From positions 95,170,001 through 95,234,000 of the forward strand of contig NC_043004.1 in NCBI RefSeq assembly GCF_006345805.1: 64,000 nt of DNA. The letters run 5' to 3'. Made by a program: the position numbers and the translations under genes. The notes under the pieces are model-generated. The model did not search any database and was not told where the DNA came from. It saw nothing but the letters and a program-made list of their open reading frames with translations. This DNA is from Octopus sinensis (taxonomy: Eukaryota). The stretch's first letter is position 1. Each line of letters opens with the position of its first letter. Shown piece by piece: positions 36,374-49,843 of this stretch.

Positions 36374-38916
36374 CAAGGTGCGACAGGTAAATTGTCGCCA
36401 TTTTATACTTTTAATTTCGCTCATGCATATGACTTGTTTTTTTTTATTTTGTCGACTACACAGTATAGTAGGGTCACTTGGGCACCGTCTGTGAGAAAAA
36501 CAGCACCATGATGCAATTCACTCTGCAAGAAATTTGGAAACGACATGCTGTGCTGCTTGTCATTCGCGCCGAAGGTCCAAAACGAACATTTTCAGAGTGT
36601 TTGGGTGTCAAGCTGAGGACTGCAATCTGAGGACATGTACCGAGAGTGATAAAAACCTTAAATCCAGTCAACGTTATGGTGTTTTGGAGTGATCACTAGT
36701 GATAGCAACGTTATGCCTCCGCTCATCTTCCCACACGGCCTCACACTCAACACGGAGGCCTACATTAAGTGCCTAGATGAGGTAGTGCTGCCCTGGGTGA
36801 AGAGAGTGGCCGCTGGAAGATCCTATATCTGGCAACAGGACTCTGCTCTATGCAACACATGCAGGAGAACCCAGTCATGGCTGTTAGACAATTTCTGCGA
36901 CCATATCACCCCAGACATCTGGCCACCTAACTCCCTAGACTGCAACTCCCTTGATTATTATGTGTGGGACGCAACTGAGCAAGAGAGCAACAAAACTCCT
37001 TGTAGCACCGAAGATGAACTGAAGACAAGGATTATGGCAACATTCCCCAGCTTAAACGAGGAGACATCCAGAAGAGTTGCAGAAGATTCTGAAGTCGTCT
37101 GGATGCCGTAATTGATTCCAATTGTGATTTTATTGAGTAAATTTACTCTTCACTATTTCAAGATATTTTATGTAATTTTTAAAATTACATATGTTAAAAT
37201 GAGATTTTTTAAAATTATTTGTAAAAATTTTATTTTATCTAGTTTCAGCTCACGAGCTGTGGCCATGCTGGGGCACCGCCATTTGGTGTTGCTACATGAT
37301 TTTACTTCACGAATGCTTTTTAGCAACTGCCATTTGGTGCATGAGAGAGTTCGATGCAGCTGCCCTCATCTGCACCTCCTGCCGTGAAGTTGGTTCATCT
37401 GGGATACCTGACAGGAAGAGATCCAGTTTTATTTTAAAAACATCTGCATCCACCCCTTTCAGGTCTCTCGGGTTTTTCGGGAGGATATTGAAGAGCTGTG
37501 GGCCTCTGAAGCCCAGGCTATCACAGTATCTTGTCCTACATCTTGATGGCAAATTTGGAGTCCTTGGCACCACGCAGTGGCGCTCAGTTCTGGCATTTGT
37601 GTACTCTCGATGCCAAAGTTTGGGATAAGTCCTTCTAGCATATTCCAGATGTATATTATGGCATATCTTTCTCGCCTACGCTCTAAGGAATAGAGTCTTA
37701 ATCTCTTGAGTCTTTCCCAGTAGCTTATATGCTGCACAGAGGCTATCTTCTTCGTGTAGCTTCGTTGGATCGCCTCAAGTTCTGTGATTAACTTGACACT
37801 GGATGGTGACCATAGCTGAGAGCAATAGTCAAAGTGGCTTAGGACAAGTGTCCTCCAGAGGACCATCATGGTTTCCTGGTCTCTTGTTCTAAAGGTTCTA
37901 AGAATCCATCCGGTCAGCCGCCTACATTTCATTGCCAATTTAGCAACATGCACATAAAAGGTTGCGTCATCACTCATGTAAATACCCAGGTCTCGTACTG
38001 ATTGTGCCTCTGGGATTGCAATCCCTCCAGGTCCAGTGTATTCATTGGGTATTGCATTTAGTTTTGCATGCTGATAGCATAAAGCTTGAAACTTTTCAGC
38101 ATTGAACTGCATGCTATTCTTTTTAGCCCACTTGTATATTTTGTCCAGCTCACATTGCAGGTGCTTAGTGTCATCAGGGTTCTGTATTGCCTGTGAAACT
38201 TTTGTATCATCTGCATAACTTGTGATCGTGGCTCTCTGCGTGGCTGAGGGCATGTCTGAGAGGGCCATTATGAACAGTAGTGGTCCCAAAACAGTGCCCT
38301 GCGGAACACCGCTCACTATTTGCGTGTTAATGGAAGTAGCTACAACCACCGGACTTCTATCTTTCAGAAAGTCATGAAGCCATTCTCCCAATTTTCCAAC
38401 TATGCCAAGATCACGCAGTCTGTGACATATCATTCCATGATCGACTTTATCAAAGGCCTTTGCAAAGTCGAGATATATCACTTCCACATTTCAGTGGTTG
38501 AGCAGTCATTTCAGCACCCAGTCATAGTGTTGTAGGAGCTGAGTTAAGCAGCTTCTTCCTGGTCGGAAACCATGTTGGGTGTCAGGCAGCAAATCATTTT
38601 CTTCAAGGAAGGTGATTAGTTTCCTTCTGACTATTCGTTCCATGATATTGCTGATGTGTGAGGTCAGAGAGATAGGTCTGTAGTTCTTGGCCTCCGCTCT
38701 GCTACCTCCTTTATGAATAGGGCATATTTTACCTTCCTTCAGTTTTCTTGGAAGTTTGCCAGTTGCAAGGAAGCTCTGAAAAAGGAACAGCAGTGGTCTT
38801 GCTAGGACTCTCTTACATACTTTTAGAAGGATTGTTAGTGTTATTTCTATTTATAGAGATGTCAGTGTCATTTCTATTTTTGCATAATTAGACGTAAATT
38901 TATTCACTGCACCCTG
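36374..38916 (+). mobile_element. Tc1/mariner DD37D (maT) relic, interrupted by a CR1 LINE
   Basis: ORF 36689-37111 has QQD-x37-D spacing with WPPNSLDCNSLDYYVW; TA-CAAGGTGC left end and GCACCCTG right end (38909-38916) form an imperfect TIR. Confidence 0.8.
37225..38830 (-). mobile_element. 5'-truncated CR1-clade LINE, family 2
   Basis: ORF 37459-38487: YLDFAKAFDKVDH, GVPQGTVLGPLLF, YADD, LERRRERY; upstream NYRPISLTSH; 3' tail GGCGGTGCCCCAGCATGGCCACAGCTC..GCTGAAAC. Confidence 0.95.
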
Positions 38917-38924
38917 CATATATA

Positions 38925-39335
38925 GGCGCAGGAGTGGCTGTGTGATAAGTAGCTTCCTTACCGACCACATGGTTCCGGGTTCAGTCCCACTGCGTGGCAT
39001 CTTGGGCAAGTGTCTTCCGCTATAGCCTAGGGCCGACCAAAGCCTTGTGAGTGGACTTGGTAGACGGAAACTGAAAGAAGCCTGTCGTATATATGTATAT
39101 ATATGTATATGTATGTATGTGTGTGTATATGTTTGTGTGTCTGTGTTTGTCCCTCCAACATCACTTGACAACCGATGCTGGTGTGTTTACGTCCCCGTAA
39201 CTTAGCGGTTCGGCAAAAGAGACCGATAGAATAAGTACTGGGCTTACAAAGAATAAGTCCCGGGATCGATTTGCTCGACTAAAAGGCGGTGCTCCAGCAT
39301 GGTCGCAGTCAAATGACTGAAACAAGTAAAAGAGA
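38925..39335 (+). mobile_element. SINE family A, full length
   Basis: GGCGCAGGAGTGGCTGTGTG head through the GTCAAATGACTGAAACAAGTAAAAG tail. Confidence 0.92.
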
Positions 39336-39973
39336 AGAGAGAGAGAGAGAGAGATCGCGCTCGGTGCTCAGCCAAGCATCATCTTTCTTTCGTGGCCTGA
39401 CCGTCCCTCGCATAACACCTTATTTTCCTGTCTCCTAACTTTCAACTATGTTTGTTGCCGCAAGGCGTCCACTTCACACGCCGGTTTAACTTAACTTGTA
39501 CTTTTGTTTGTTATTCTTGTTGTTTGTATTTGTTATCTTGTAACATCTTCTCCGTTTTCTAATTTTTTTTTACCCTGTTTTCTCACATATTCGCTCGCTT
39601 TCCGAAAATTTAATGCTCTTAGCTTAGATTTTTTGGGGCCTACCAATTTTGAACAGTCTCAAGTGTAACAGGCCGAAACTGTAATGATGATTAGAAGCTT
39701 GACTGATAAACAGAAAGCCACAAATGTTCCTAGTTTTCTTGTCCGCCTTTGTATCGTCCATCTGTCTGTACGTCTTTGTATCGTCCATCTGTCTGTACAT
39801 TTTTATTGTCGTCCGTTACGTTCTTGTTCAGTGTTTTGGATTTATATATATAAATTTTGGATGTTCCTGTATCGATTTCGCCGGTTGTATTTTTTATTAT
39901 TTAATCATTCGACGTCCACCCACCAATACGAATTCATCATGTAGAATTGTAAAGGAACCTTACTACAAGCATT

Positions 39974-40056
39974 AGACTCTGAAGAAGGAATTCGTTGGAG
40001 TTGACTACGGACTGTTCTTATAACACCGTTATATCTTCTGAAACGGTCGTAAGTTT
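39974..40056 (+). ncRNA. Type-I hammerhead ribozyme, intact core, long stem II insertion
   Basis: Stem I AGACT/AGTTT; core CTGAAGA (39979-39985); stem II AGGA/TTCT; GAAA (40040-40043); stem III AC-GGTC-GT; GUA cleavage after 40051. Confidence 0.7.
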
Positions 40057-40214
40057 TTAACTGATTTTTACATTTCATAGTTTTTAACGAACTTTTACCT
40101 TCATGATATCTCGTACTACTGAACTCTATTTATTCGCCCTCGAATATATGTATCATAGACACGTATACTCGGTTTCCATGTTCTTATATCTTACTTCATT
40201 TACACTTTATATCT

Positions 40215-40444
40215 CTTACTCTCTCTTTTACTTGTTTCAGTCATTTGACTGCGGCCATGCTGGAGCAGCGCCTTTAGTCGAGCAAATCGACCCCGGAACT
40301 TATTCTTTGTAAGCCCAGTACTTATTCTATCGGTCTCTTTTGCCGAACCGCTAATTAACGGGGACATAAACACACCAGCATCGGTAGTCAAGCAATGCTA
40401 GGGGGACAAACACAGACACAGAAACACACACACGCATATATATA

Positions 40445-40498
<54 letters not shown>

Positions 40499-40664
40499 TA
40501 CGACAGGCTTCTTTCAGTTTCCGTCTACCAAATCCACTCTCAAGGCTTTGGTCGGCCCGAGGCTATAGTAGAAGGCACTTGCCCAAAGTGCCATGCAGTG
40601 GGTCTGAACCCAGAACCATGTGGTCGGTAAGCAAGCTAACTACCACACAACCACTCCTGCGCCT
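40215..40664 (-). mobile_element. SINE family A, full length
   Basis: Reverse-complement match to 38925-39335. Confidence 0.92.
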
Positions 40665-41271
40665 ATGCCACTCCTTTTTTGTCATCTTTTATTTTTTTTT
40701 ATATTTTGAATTTTTAATATAAACATGTATCCCATCCATGTCTTATAAATCACTGTAAGCACGATTTCGTTTTCGGATGTAAAGTACTGACGACTGGAAT
40801 TTATATCGTCTTCAAATTTTTTATTACTCCTTAGCTCATAAACGAGCACGAAAAATCAGTTGTACTATACACGGAATAATGTCTCCAGTAAAAATTATCT
40901 GATTCTATACATATGTGAAGTGTGTGTGTGTCTGTGTGTGTCTACTTGAATGCGTGAAAGTGCGCAGTAAAGAATAAGATGGGTTTATTGCATGGTCGCA
41001 GTTACAATATGTTAATCGACAAAAAATTAAACTTACACGTTGCTTCTAACTTTTCCCCTATCTTACTTACAAACACACACATACACACACACACATACAC
41101 ATATATACACACACACCGATAAAAGGGATTTGATGTGAGTTGTCTCATCTGGTTATGACCAGCTTTCGGATGTTATTTCACCAAGGCCATTGAGATTATA
41201 TTCTCCTACTTCAGAAAAACGCAGCCGCCCCACAAACTAACAAAACGCACACGTCGTGTATGTGTGTTCGA

Positions 41272-41317
<46 letters not shown>

Positions 41318-41631
41318 CGACGGGTTTCTCGCACAGTTTCTGTTTACCAGACTCACTTAGTCGGTCCAAAGCTTTCGTAAGAGACGCTTGCCAAGGCATC
41401 GTGCTGTGGTACGGAATCCGATAACAACTGGTTACAAGATGAGGTTCTGAACCACAAAGCCATACATTCACATATATATATATCTGTTGCATCTGAATAC
41501 ACATACACACACACCCATACATACATACATACATACATACATACATACATACATACATACATACATGCATACATACATACATACATACATATATATATTT
41601 TTTTTTATTTTATTTTTCCAGTTTCAGCTCA

Positions 41632-42195
41632 TGAATTTAGAGGACTGACTACTAAAAGAGGACAGCTTATATACTAGACATAGACGTTAAATCGCCATTT
41701 ACCACGAAGAATGTGTTCCCAAGAAAAATCTCAGCAAAAAACCAAAGTGTAAAAATAAGCAAGACAAATGAAAATATACGAAATAAAAAGCGATTACCTA
41801 TGTACCATGGACACGTGTATGGACACGCAAACATCTGCAAGATCATCAGCATAGTCTGTCGTTTACAAAACACAATTTCCAGAACTAGATACAGAACGCC
41901 CAACCGAAATCCATCATGTATAAAGTTCTACAATTTATATTTATGTATATCTTTCAAATGCCTTCACTTTGGGGCGCTGAGATCGGAAATTACTCTGCAG
42001 TCAATAAACTACAGCAGTCAATTTACCGGTTCGAGAACATTTTATATTTAAAATTAAATAAGGGTAGAAATTGATATTAATCAAATTTTTGCTGAGATTT
42101 TTCGTGAGAACACATTCTTCGTGGTGAATAGCGATTTGACGTCTATGTCTAGCATATAGGCTGTTCACTTTTAGTGGTCATTTCTATAAATTTTG
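41632..42195. mobile_element. Foldback/MITE with ~110-bp imperfect TIRs
   Basis: CTAGACATAGACGTTAAATCGCCATTTACCACGAAGAATGTGTTC..AAAATCTCAGCAAAAA vs reverse complement of 42085-42195. Confidence 0.8.
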
Positions 42196-42419
42196 TATGT
42201 AAAGCAATTTTTAATCTTCGGATTTTTTAAAATATGCTAGGCCACTGGTTTTAATCGAACTCCTTTCTAGAAACCTCGTGACATACTTAGATTGTTGAAA
42301 ATTCGATAATACGGCCCGAGGAAGGGAACTTTATATCTAACTCATATAACTATTTTTTTTTAAATACACAAGGAAAATAACCCATAGCACCTGCACAATA
42401 TTTTTTTAAACACTCAAGG

Positions 42420-42762
42420 GAAATAACACATAGCACCTGTACTTACAGTTGTTAGTTTTTAGCGAAGCGGTCAATATTTGATTCTCACAATCAGCGGACC
42501 TAATTCTGCATTTCACTACACACAGTTTTGAACTGTTAAACCTTATTATTACACTTTCTTGATGCATGCACACTTTCAATGCCCATAACTCCGATAATTC
42601 TGCATTTTTCCAGTTAAAATTTTTCGATGACAGTACAGCAATTTTTGATTCCAGAGCGTATTTTATAAGTTTGTCCCAATACAATGAACTCATACCTTGA
42701 ATGCTTAAAATTCTTAAAAAATGAAACCAAACTTCCACACCACATTCAGTTGGGACACCCTG
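42420..42762 (-). mobile_element. Tc1/mariner-type end fragment; a related diverged piece lies at 43200-43460
   Basis: Minus strand starts TA-CAGGGTGTCCCA; shares TACTGTCAT.GAAAA..AAAAATGCAGAATTATCG.AGT.ATGGGCATT with 43260-43360. Confidence 0.5.
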
Positions 42763-43051
42763 TATCACTTATACTTATTTTACAAATCATTATATTTATT
42801 GCTTATTTACCGTTCATACAACATTTTCATGAAACTAATTGAGCCATCGAATTTAGAAATATTTTACAGATTTCATTGTTTATGTGTGATTCCTTTCAAT
42901 ATTGATTTTTTGTGTGTCTAATTTCTAATTTTGCAGACAATATCACTTTTATACTTTATTTGACACATGAGTAGAACTCATGTCTGGAAACCTCGTGACA
43001 TACTTATATTGTTGAAAAATATCTACTACATATTACTAATATTTCCTTATT

Positions 43052-43168
43052 TACATTATTTACATTCGATGGATATTTGTCCTCATCTTGTTTGTTGTTA
43101 ACAACAACAAACAAGATGTTAACAACAAACAAGATGAAGACAAATATCTGTCGAATGTAAATAATGTA
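43052..43168. repeat. ~51-bp-arm palindrome
   Basis: TACATTATTTACATTCGATGGATATTTGTCCTCATCTTGTTTGTTGTTAAC vs its near-exact reverse complement at 43118-43168. Confidence 0.85.
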
Positions 43169-44584
43169 AATAATGTACATAATTCCTCAGTTTTAAACTG
43201 CTAAACATTATTATTGCACTTCCTTGATTTGAATGTTAAACTCTAAAGACTTCATTCATACATTTCTATACATACATACTTTTTTGAATGCCCATTACTA
43301 CGATAATTCTGCATTTTTACATTACAGTTACACTTTTTCCATGACAGTAGATAATGTTTTTATTCCACAACGTGGATTCGATCTTCGATTGCCAAATTTC
43401 ACTTAACACTTCAACAGCACTTTTCGCACGGTAAAACAATAGTGTTTCTGTGAATGATACCAGATGCCTTCGCTAAGCAGAGTAATGTCTTTGCCACTTG
43501 ACCCCTCTAACCTCTTCTAGGCCACCAGGGGCAAGAATGGAGATAACAGACCTCCAATGAAATCATTTGTTCTCAACAATATGTCTATCTTTCTGGCTGC
43601 TTTTCGATAGTTATATAAACAAGAACTCCGTAAGCTAAAGGCAGTTACTCAGAGCGATCATCATTGAGTGTGAACGTTACTGTTGCACTTTCTTAATTTC
43701 ATTCTTAAACATTAAACTCTTCATTCATATATTTATATACATATACACTATATTTCTATATTACCTTTAATAAATTCGCCTTCATAAAGTTCATCTTTAA
43801 AATGCCACGACGAGTCAGAGTACTTTCTCGCCAACCTCCAACAATCTCTTCCCCCTCCAGCTGACAGTTTTTTGTACTTTTCTGCGACGGAAAATACACC
43901 TCTTGTGGCAGTTATAACGAAATTGCATTCTTATATCAGAGTAATAAGGCGTTTCAATAGAACATCTTTTCCCCCGGGAGTGTGTGTGTGTGTGTGTGTG
44001 TGTGTATGCATTTATATTTATGTGTGTGTTTTGCCCCCTTACCTTAGCAGCTCCGCAAAGAGTCCGATAGAATAAGTACTAAGCTTAAAAAATCTGGGGT
44101 CGATTCATTCGTCTAGAACCAATCAAGGCAGCGCTACAGCATAGCTGCAGTCAAATGACTGAAACGAATAAAAGAACAAAAGTAAAGAATGTATGTATGT
44201 ATGTATGCATGCATGTATGTATGTACGTATGTATGTATGTATGTATGTATGAATGTATGTATGTATGTATGTATGTATGTATGTATGTATGTATGTATGT
44301 ATGTATGTATGTATGTATCAGTGGTTATACAACTGTCACATGCAACTGTCATGAACAGAATGCGGCTCGCAAGACCTAATGAATGGAGCGCTAGCGAAAA
44401 ATTATCTTAAATTTTTTTTTGCATTGCGACTCGCATAATGATGAGGCTAGTTTCAAGCAGTCCGCTTCTCGAAAACGGTTGCCCATGCCTGATGCATAAC
44501 ATATTTAATTGCTTTGTATTTGGTATGTCTATGAAAGCGTGATTCGTAGGTAAATCACAGAAATTCTATAGATGATAATACTCT

Positions 44585-44997
44585 TTTCTCTTTTACTCTT
44601 TTACTTGTTTCAGTCATTTGACTGCGGCCATGCTGGAGCACCGCCTTTAATCGAGCAACTCAACCCCGGGACTTATTCATTGTAAGCCCAGTACTTATTC
44701 TATCAGTCTTTTTTGCCGAACCGCTAAGTAACGGGGACGTAAACACACCAGCATCGGTTGTCAAGCAATGCTAGGGGGAAAACACAGACACAGAAACACA
44801 CACACGCATATATATAATATATATATTACATATATACGACGGCTTCTTTCAGTTTCCGTCTACCAAATCCACTCACAGGCTTTGGTCGGCCCGATGCTAT
44901 AGTAGAAGACACTTGCCCAAGGTGCCACGCAGTTGGACTGAACCCAAACCATGTGGTTGGTAAACAAGCTACTTACCACACAGCCACTCCTGCGCCT
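44585..44997 (-). mobile_element. SINE family A, full length
   Basis: Reverse-complement match to the family; a further 3' half lies at 44020-44175 (+). Confidence 0.92.
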
Positions 44998-45449
44998 ATG
45001 ATAATGTGAATTATCTGACCACCTTCGCGTGTTTTTATGTCCTAGACACCATATAGCGCATCTTTAAATTACCGTAGTTAAGTATACTATACGATATCAA
45101 GTATATCATATATGACTTACACATCTCAACGTGTTTGTACATTTGCTATATGATACCAGCCACCAGTATCTAGTATTATTATAAATGTGATAGTTTGTTT
45201 AAGTTATTCCCATGAAGATAACATTATTCTGCAATTGAAATATGAGGGAGCAGTCCCTGACGAGGCTTAATAAAGACAAACAGGGCAGTCCTACCTCACT
45301 TACAACTAATGAAGCTCTTCAGGTCTATTTACGAGTTATATTTTCACTCGAGACAGAAATATATATTCATTAAACATTACTCTTATTAGATTCCATATAC
45401 ATAATTCGTAACGACATTCCGATGCCTTTTATCATGTATATATATAGTG

Positions 45450-45468
45450 TGTGTGTGTGTATGTATGC

Positions 45469-45512
<44 letters not shown>

Positions 45513-45559
45513 TATATATATATGTATATATATTATATATATATATATTATATATATAT

Positions 45560-45620
<61 letters not shown>

Positions 45621-45676
45621 GTATGTATATGTATATATATATATATATATAGTGTGGATATATATATATATATATG

Positions 45677-45719
<43 letters not shown>

Positions 45720-46322
45720 GTATATGTATATATATATATATATATAATATATATATATAGTTGTATGTGTGTGCATTTAAACTACATAATAAATCAAAAT
45801 TACTAATTTACAATAAACCAAACCTAATCTACACGTATCGGTGTATACTCGTGCATCTAGACGAGCGACGCTAATTGCAATTTTGTGTGGCCCTCTGCAC
45901 TTTAATCAAGGGAGAATGAATGAGATGGAGAAGAGATGGGGAATAATACAAGAAAGAAACACAGAGAGAGAGAGAGAGGGTGGATGTACACAGAGACAAA
46001 TAGATCGAGCTAGAGAGCAATAGAAAGTGAGAGAGGGAAAAAAAATTGTATGAAGGCTTGGTGGGAGAGGAGCAACAGGAGGGGGGAAATAAGGAAAAAA
46101 TCCAATATTTCTCATTTCCTGTACGTTTAATTTAATGTTAGTTGTCAGGTAATTCTGCCACTTTTCCTCTGGATGTATCAATTGGAAACCTGAAAAGAAT
46201 TCCTGGTGAAAATTCCCAGTGGATCCTTCTGCCATTACACTATATACGCATAACTATGCTTTCTTTCATACATGTGTGTGCGCTTGTATATATATATGTA
46301 TATATACATATATACATATATA

Positions 46323-46402
<80 letters not shown>

Positions 46403-47355
46403 GATAGATCAGATAGATAAATAGATAGATAGATAGATAGATGATAGATAGATAGATTGATTGATTGATAGATAGATAGATATAGATATATATACCAATA
46501 TATATATATATATAGATATTAATATATATATCAATATGTATGCATGTAAATATATATGTATGTACGCACACATACACACACAGACACACACACACACGTA
46601 TATATATATGGATGTAGGTACATATACATGCATACGCATGTAAACGCGTATACGTAAAAGCAACTTGCGCATGCAAGCTTAAATGTGTCTATATGATGAT
46701 AATCCATTTTAATTCTCAGTCTAAATTTATTCTATTGTTCATCAGTATATGTAGGTGGCTACATCGAAATATACAGAGGTGTGAGTCTATAAGCACATGT
46801 ATATATAAATATACTTATATGCTTGTATATGTATGCATATATATATTATATATAGATGTTGCATATATATATTGTTCTATGTATGTATTATATTCCATAT
46901 TATATATAGATATATATAGATGTGTGTAATCTGTAGATTATACATATATGTATATATATATATATTATATATATAGTATATATATATCATAATATACACA
47001 TACGAAAGTGTATTTATTGATGTGTTTTTTCTGGGGTGGGGGGCGCGGTTGGTTATTCTTGTCATGCCAGTTGTTGCTGTTGCAGTCAATGTAATTTGTT
47101 ACTTCACTTATTATAGCGACAGAAATGAAATTATTCAATTAATCATTTGCAGACCTACAAGTGCTTCCCTCGTCTATTCTCACACACTTGCATATACATG
47201 TGTGTGTGTGTGAATGTGTGTATGTGTGAGTGTGTACACCCACCCTATATGTATAGTATATATATATAATTATATATATATGTATATATAATAAATACTA
47301 TATATATATATGTATGTATGTATATGTGTGTGTTTGGTGTGTGTTTGTGTGTATG

Positions 47356-47427
<72 letters not shown>

Positions 47428-47450
47428 ATATGTGTATATATGTATGTATG
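45450..47450. repeat. Cluster of (TA)n, (GA)n, (GATA)n and (TG)n microsatellites
   Basis: Direct reading. Confidence 0.85.
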
Positions 47451-48267
47451 TATATATGTATTGTGTGAGTATATTTCGTCGAGAAAATTTGGGTGGTCCT
47501 TCATTTGGCTGTACATTTTACTAAGTACGCCACTGGTTTGCAGAAATACGATGTGCTCCGTTGATACACGAATATAATTTGATAAGCTTTACGCGCTGTT
47601 TGTTGATTCAGTTAGTGAACATCAGCTTATCGAGTAGTCGCGCCGACTCATGCATCTGGATGCAATGATTGATGCTTTTTTTTTGTTTTGAAAAAGATGT
47701 TAATTTTTAACAGTTTTACGTGTTTTTTTTATCCTTTACGAATGCAGTCTTACAGTTAAATGTTGAAAACTAGGTATTCTTATTACGTTTTATGGTATTT
47801 TGATATCATTTAATAATAGTATCAAATTTTGGCACAAAGCCAGCAATTTCGGAGAAGGTGTAAGTCGATTACATCGACCTCAGTGCTCTACGGGTACTAG
47901 CTTGGAACCAATATTACTGCGAGTATATTTGATATAGAAAAATTCATGTTGTCTGTCATTTCATTCAAGGTGGTGACGTTCGTAACAACTTAAGCCGGCC
48001 AGTTCTCAGATAATACGTTGGAGGGAGGGCGCACGTATGTATATGTATATATAATTCAAACAGCATTTGATCCAGTTTTTCTGTCGACACAATCTAAAAT
48101 TAATTCTGGGTTTAACTTATCGAGTATTCTTAAATTCCCGAAGACCCTTTTCCTCGGAATGCATTTCAGAATACAGTTCAAACAGATTTCAAAAAGTTAA
48201 TGCGTACACACACACATACACACACACACACACCACAGACGCTTAGACACACATACATACACATGTA

Positions 48268-49551
48268 CTAGGAGTGTTCATTAAAGTTTTCCCCCGACCC
48301 ACTTCCGTTATTGCAGGAAGCGGAAATTGTACAGGTATAATCATACATGTCTCTACATGTTACATTGTAAATTGTAGCTTTCCACTAGTATTCGTCTGTC
48401 TTTTACGGATGCTGAAGTAGACTAAGGTGCTATAATGGATGTAGTTGAATGCAGATCAGTGATCAGTTTCTTTTACTTGAAAGGTCGTACACCAAAAGAA
48501 ACTGTCGTTGAGATGAAAGAAGCTTATGGTGACGATGCACCACCATACGTCGTAGTCAAGCACTGGTATCGACAGTTCAAATGTAGTCGGATATCAGTGG
48601 AAACTGCTCCTATTCCTTGATGATCACATTCCGCCAATGATGACGACACCATCCATAAAGTGGAAGCCATGTTTCTGGAGGATCACCACATAACTATTCG
48701 GCAACTAGCTCAAGAAGTGAAGATAAGTGTAGGTTCCTTGGAAAAAATCATTCACGACCATTTGTATATGCGGAAGTTGTCTACATGATGGACTCCCCGT
48801 TTGCTCACACTTTTTCAGAAGCAGGAACGAGTCAATTGTTCTCAGGCGCTTTTGGCAATGTGCCAAGAAAACGAGAAGGACTTTTTCGGCAGCCTTACCA
48901 CTCAGGATGAAACGTGGGTCTATCACTAAGATCCTGGGACTAAATTCCAGTCGAAGTTATAGAAGCATGGTAACTCACCACCTCCAAAGAAGACTCGTGT
49001 CCAACCCTCAACAGGCAAGATGATGCTCACAGTTTTTTGAGACCATAGCGGAGTATTGATGATGGATTTTCTGGCAAAGGGCACCACGGTTAACGGGGGG
49101 CATATTATGCTTTTCTGCTGCAGAAATTGCAGGACACCATCAAAGCAGATAGGCTCGGCATGCTGACCAAAGGAGTCCGCCACCTCCAAGGCAACGCCCT
49201 AGTTCACAATGCGCATGTTGCCCAGATAAAACCACATGCCTGCGGCTATGAAATACTTCCTCATACCCCTTACTCTCCAAGCCTTACACCATCTGACTTC
49301 CACCTCTTTCCAACCATTAAGTCTCTTTCGAAAGGCAGGCACTTTTCGGATGATGATGTACTTATTTCTGAGGTAAATTCTTGGCTCCAGACGCAACCTG
49401 TCGACTTCTACAGACGAGGTCTTCCCAACTGCATAAAGCAATGGGATAAATGTGTCATAATTGTTGGTGACTGCGTAGAGAATGAATAATAATTATGTCA
49501 TTTGCTTATCTCAGTCCTTGGGAAGTGAATCAGGGAAATCTTTAATGAACA
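48268..49551 (+). mobile_element. Near full-length mariner (DD34D type) with disabled transposase
   Basis: HTH region (RSVISFFYLKGRTPKE), WTPRLLT, TQDETWVYH, LQGNALVH (D replaced), HTPYSPSLTPSDFHLF; stops and frameshifts; TIR TGTTCATTAAAG.TTTCCC at both ends, outer right end lost. Confidence 0.92.
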
Positions 49552-49574
49552 TATAATTTTTTAAAAACTTTATC

Positions 49575-49770
49575 TATTACTTGTTTCAGTCATTAGGCAA
49601 CAAGTATGCTGGGGCACTGCCTTGAAGAACATTTAACCGAATGGATGGACTCCAGTATTTATGTTTTTCAGCTGGTACTTATTCTATCGGACCTCTTTTG
49701 CCGAAGCGCTAAGTCACAGAAACGTAAACACACCAACAAGGGTTGTCAAGCGGTTGGTGGGGAGACAAAG

Positions 49771-49843
<73 letters not shown>

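Noticed and set aside
45250-45300. CTGACGA-GGCTT AATA AAGAC-AAAC hammerhead-like string
   Set aside because: G12 of GAAA is missing and no stem I pairing fits; at most a dead remnant.
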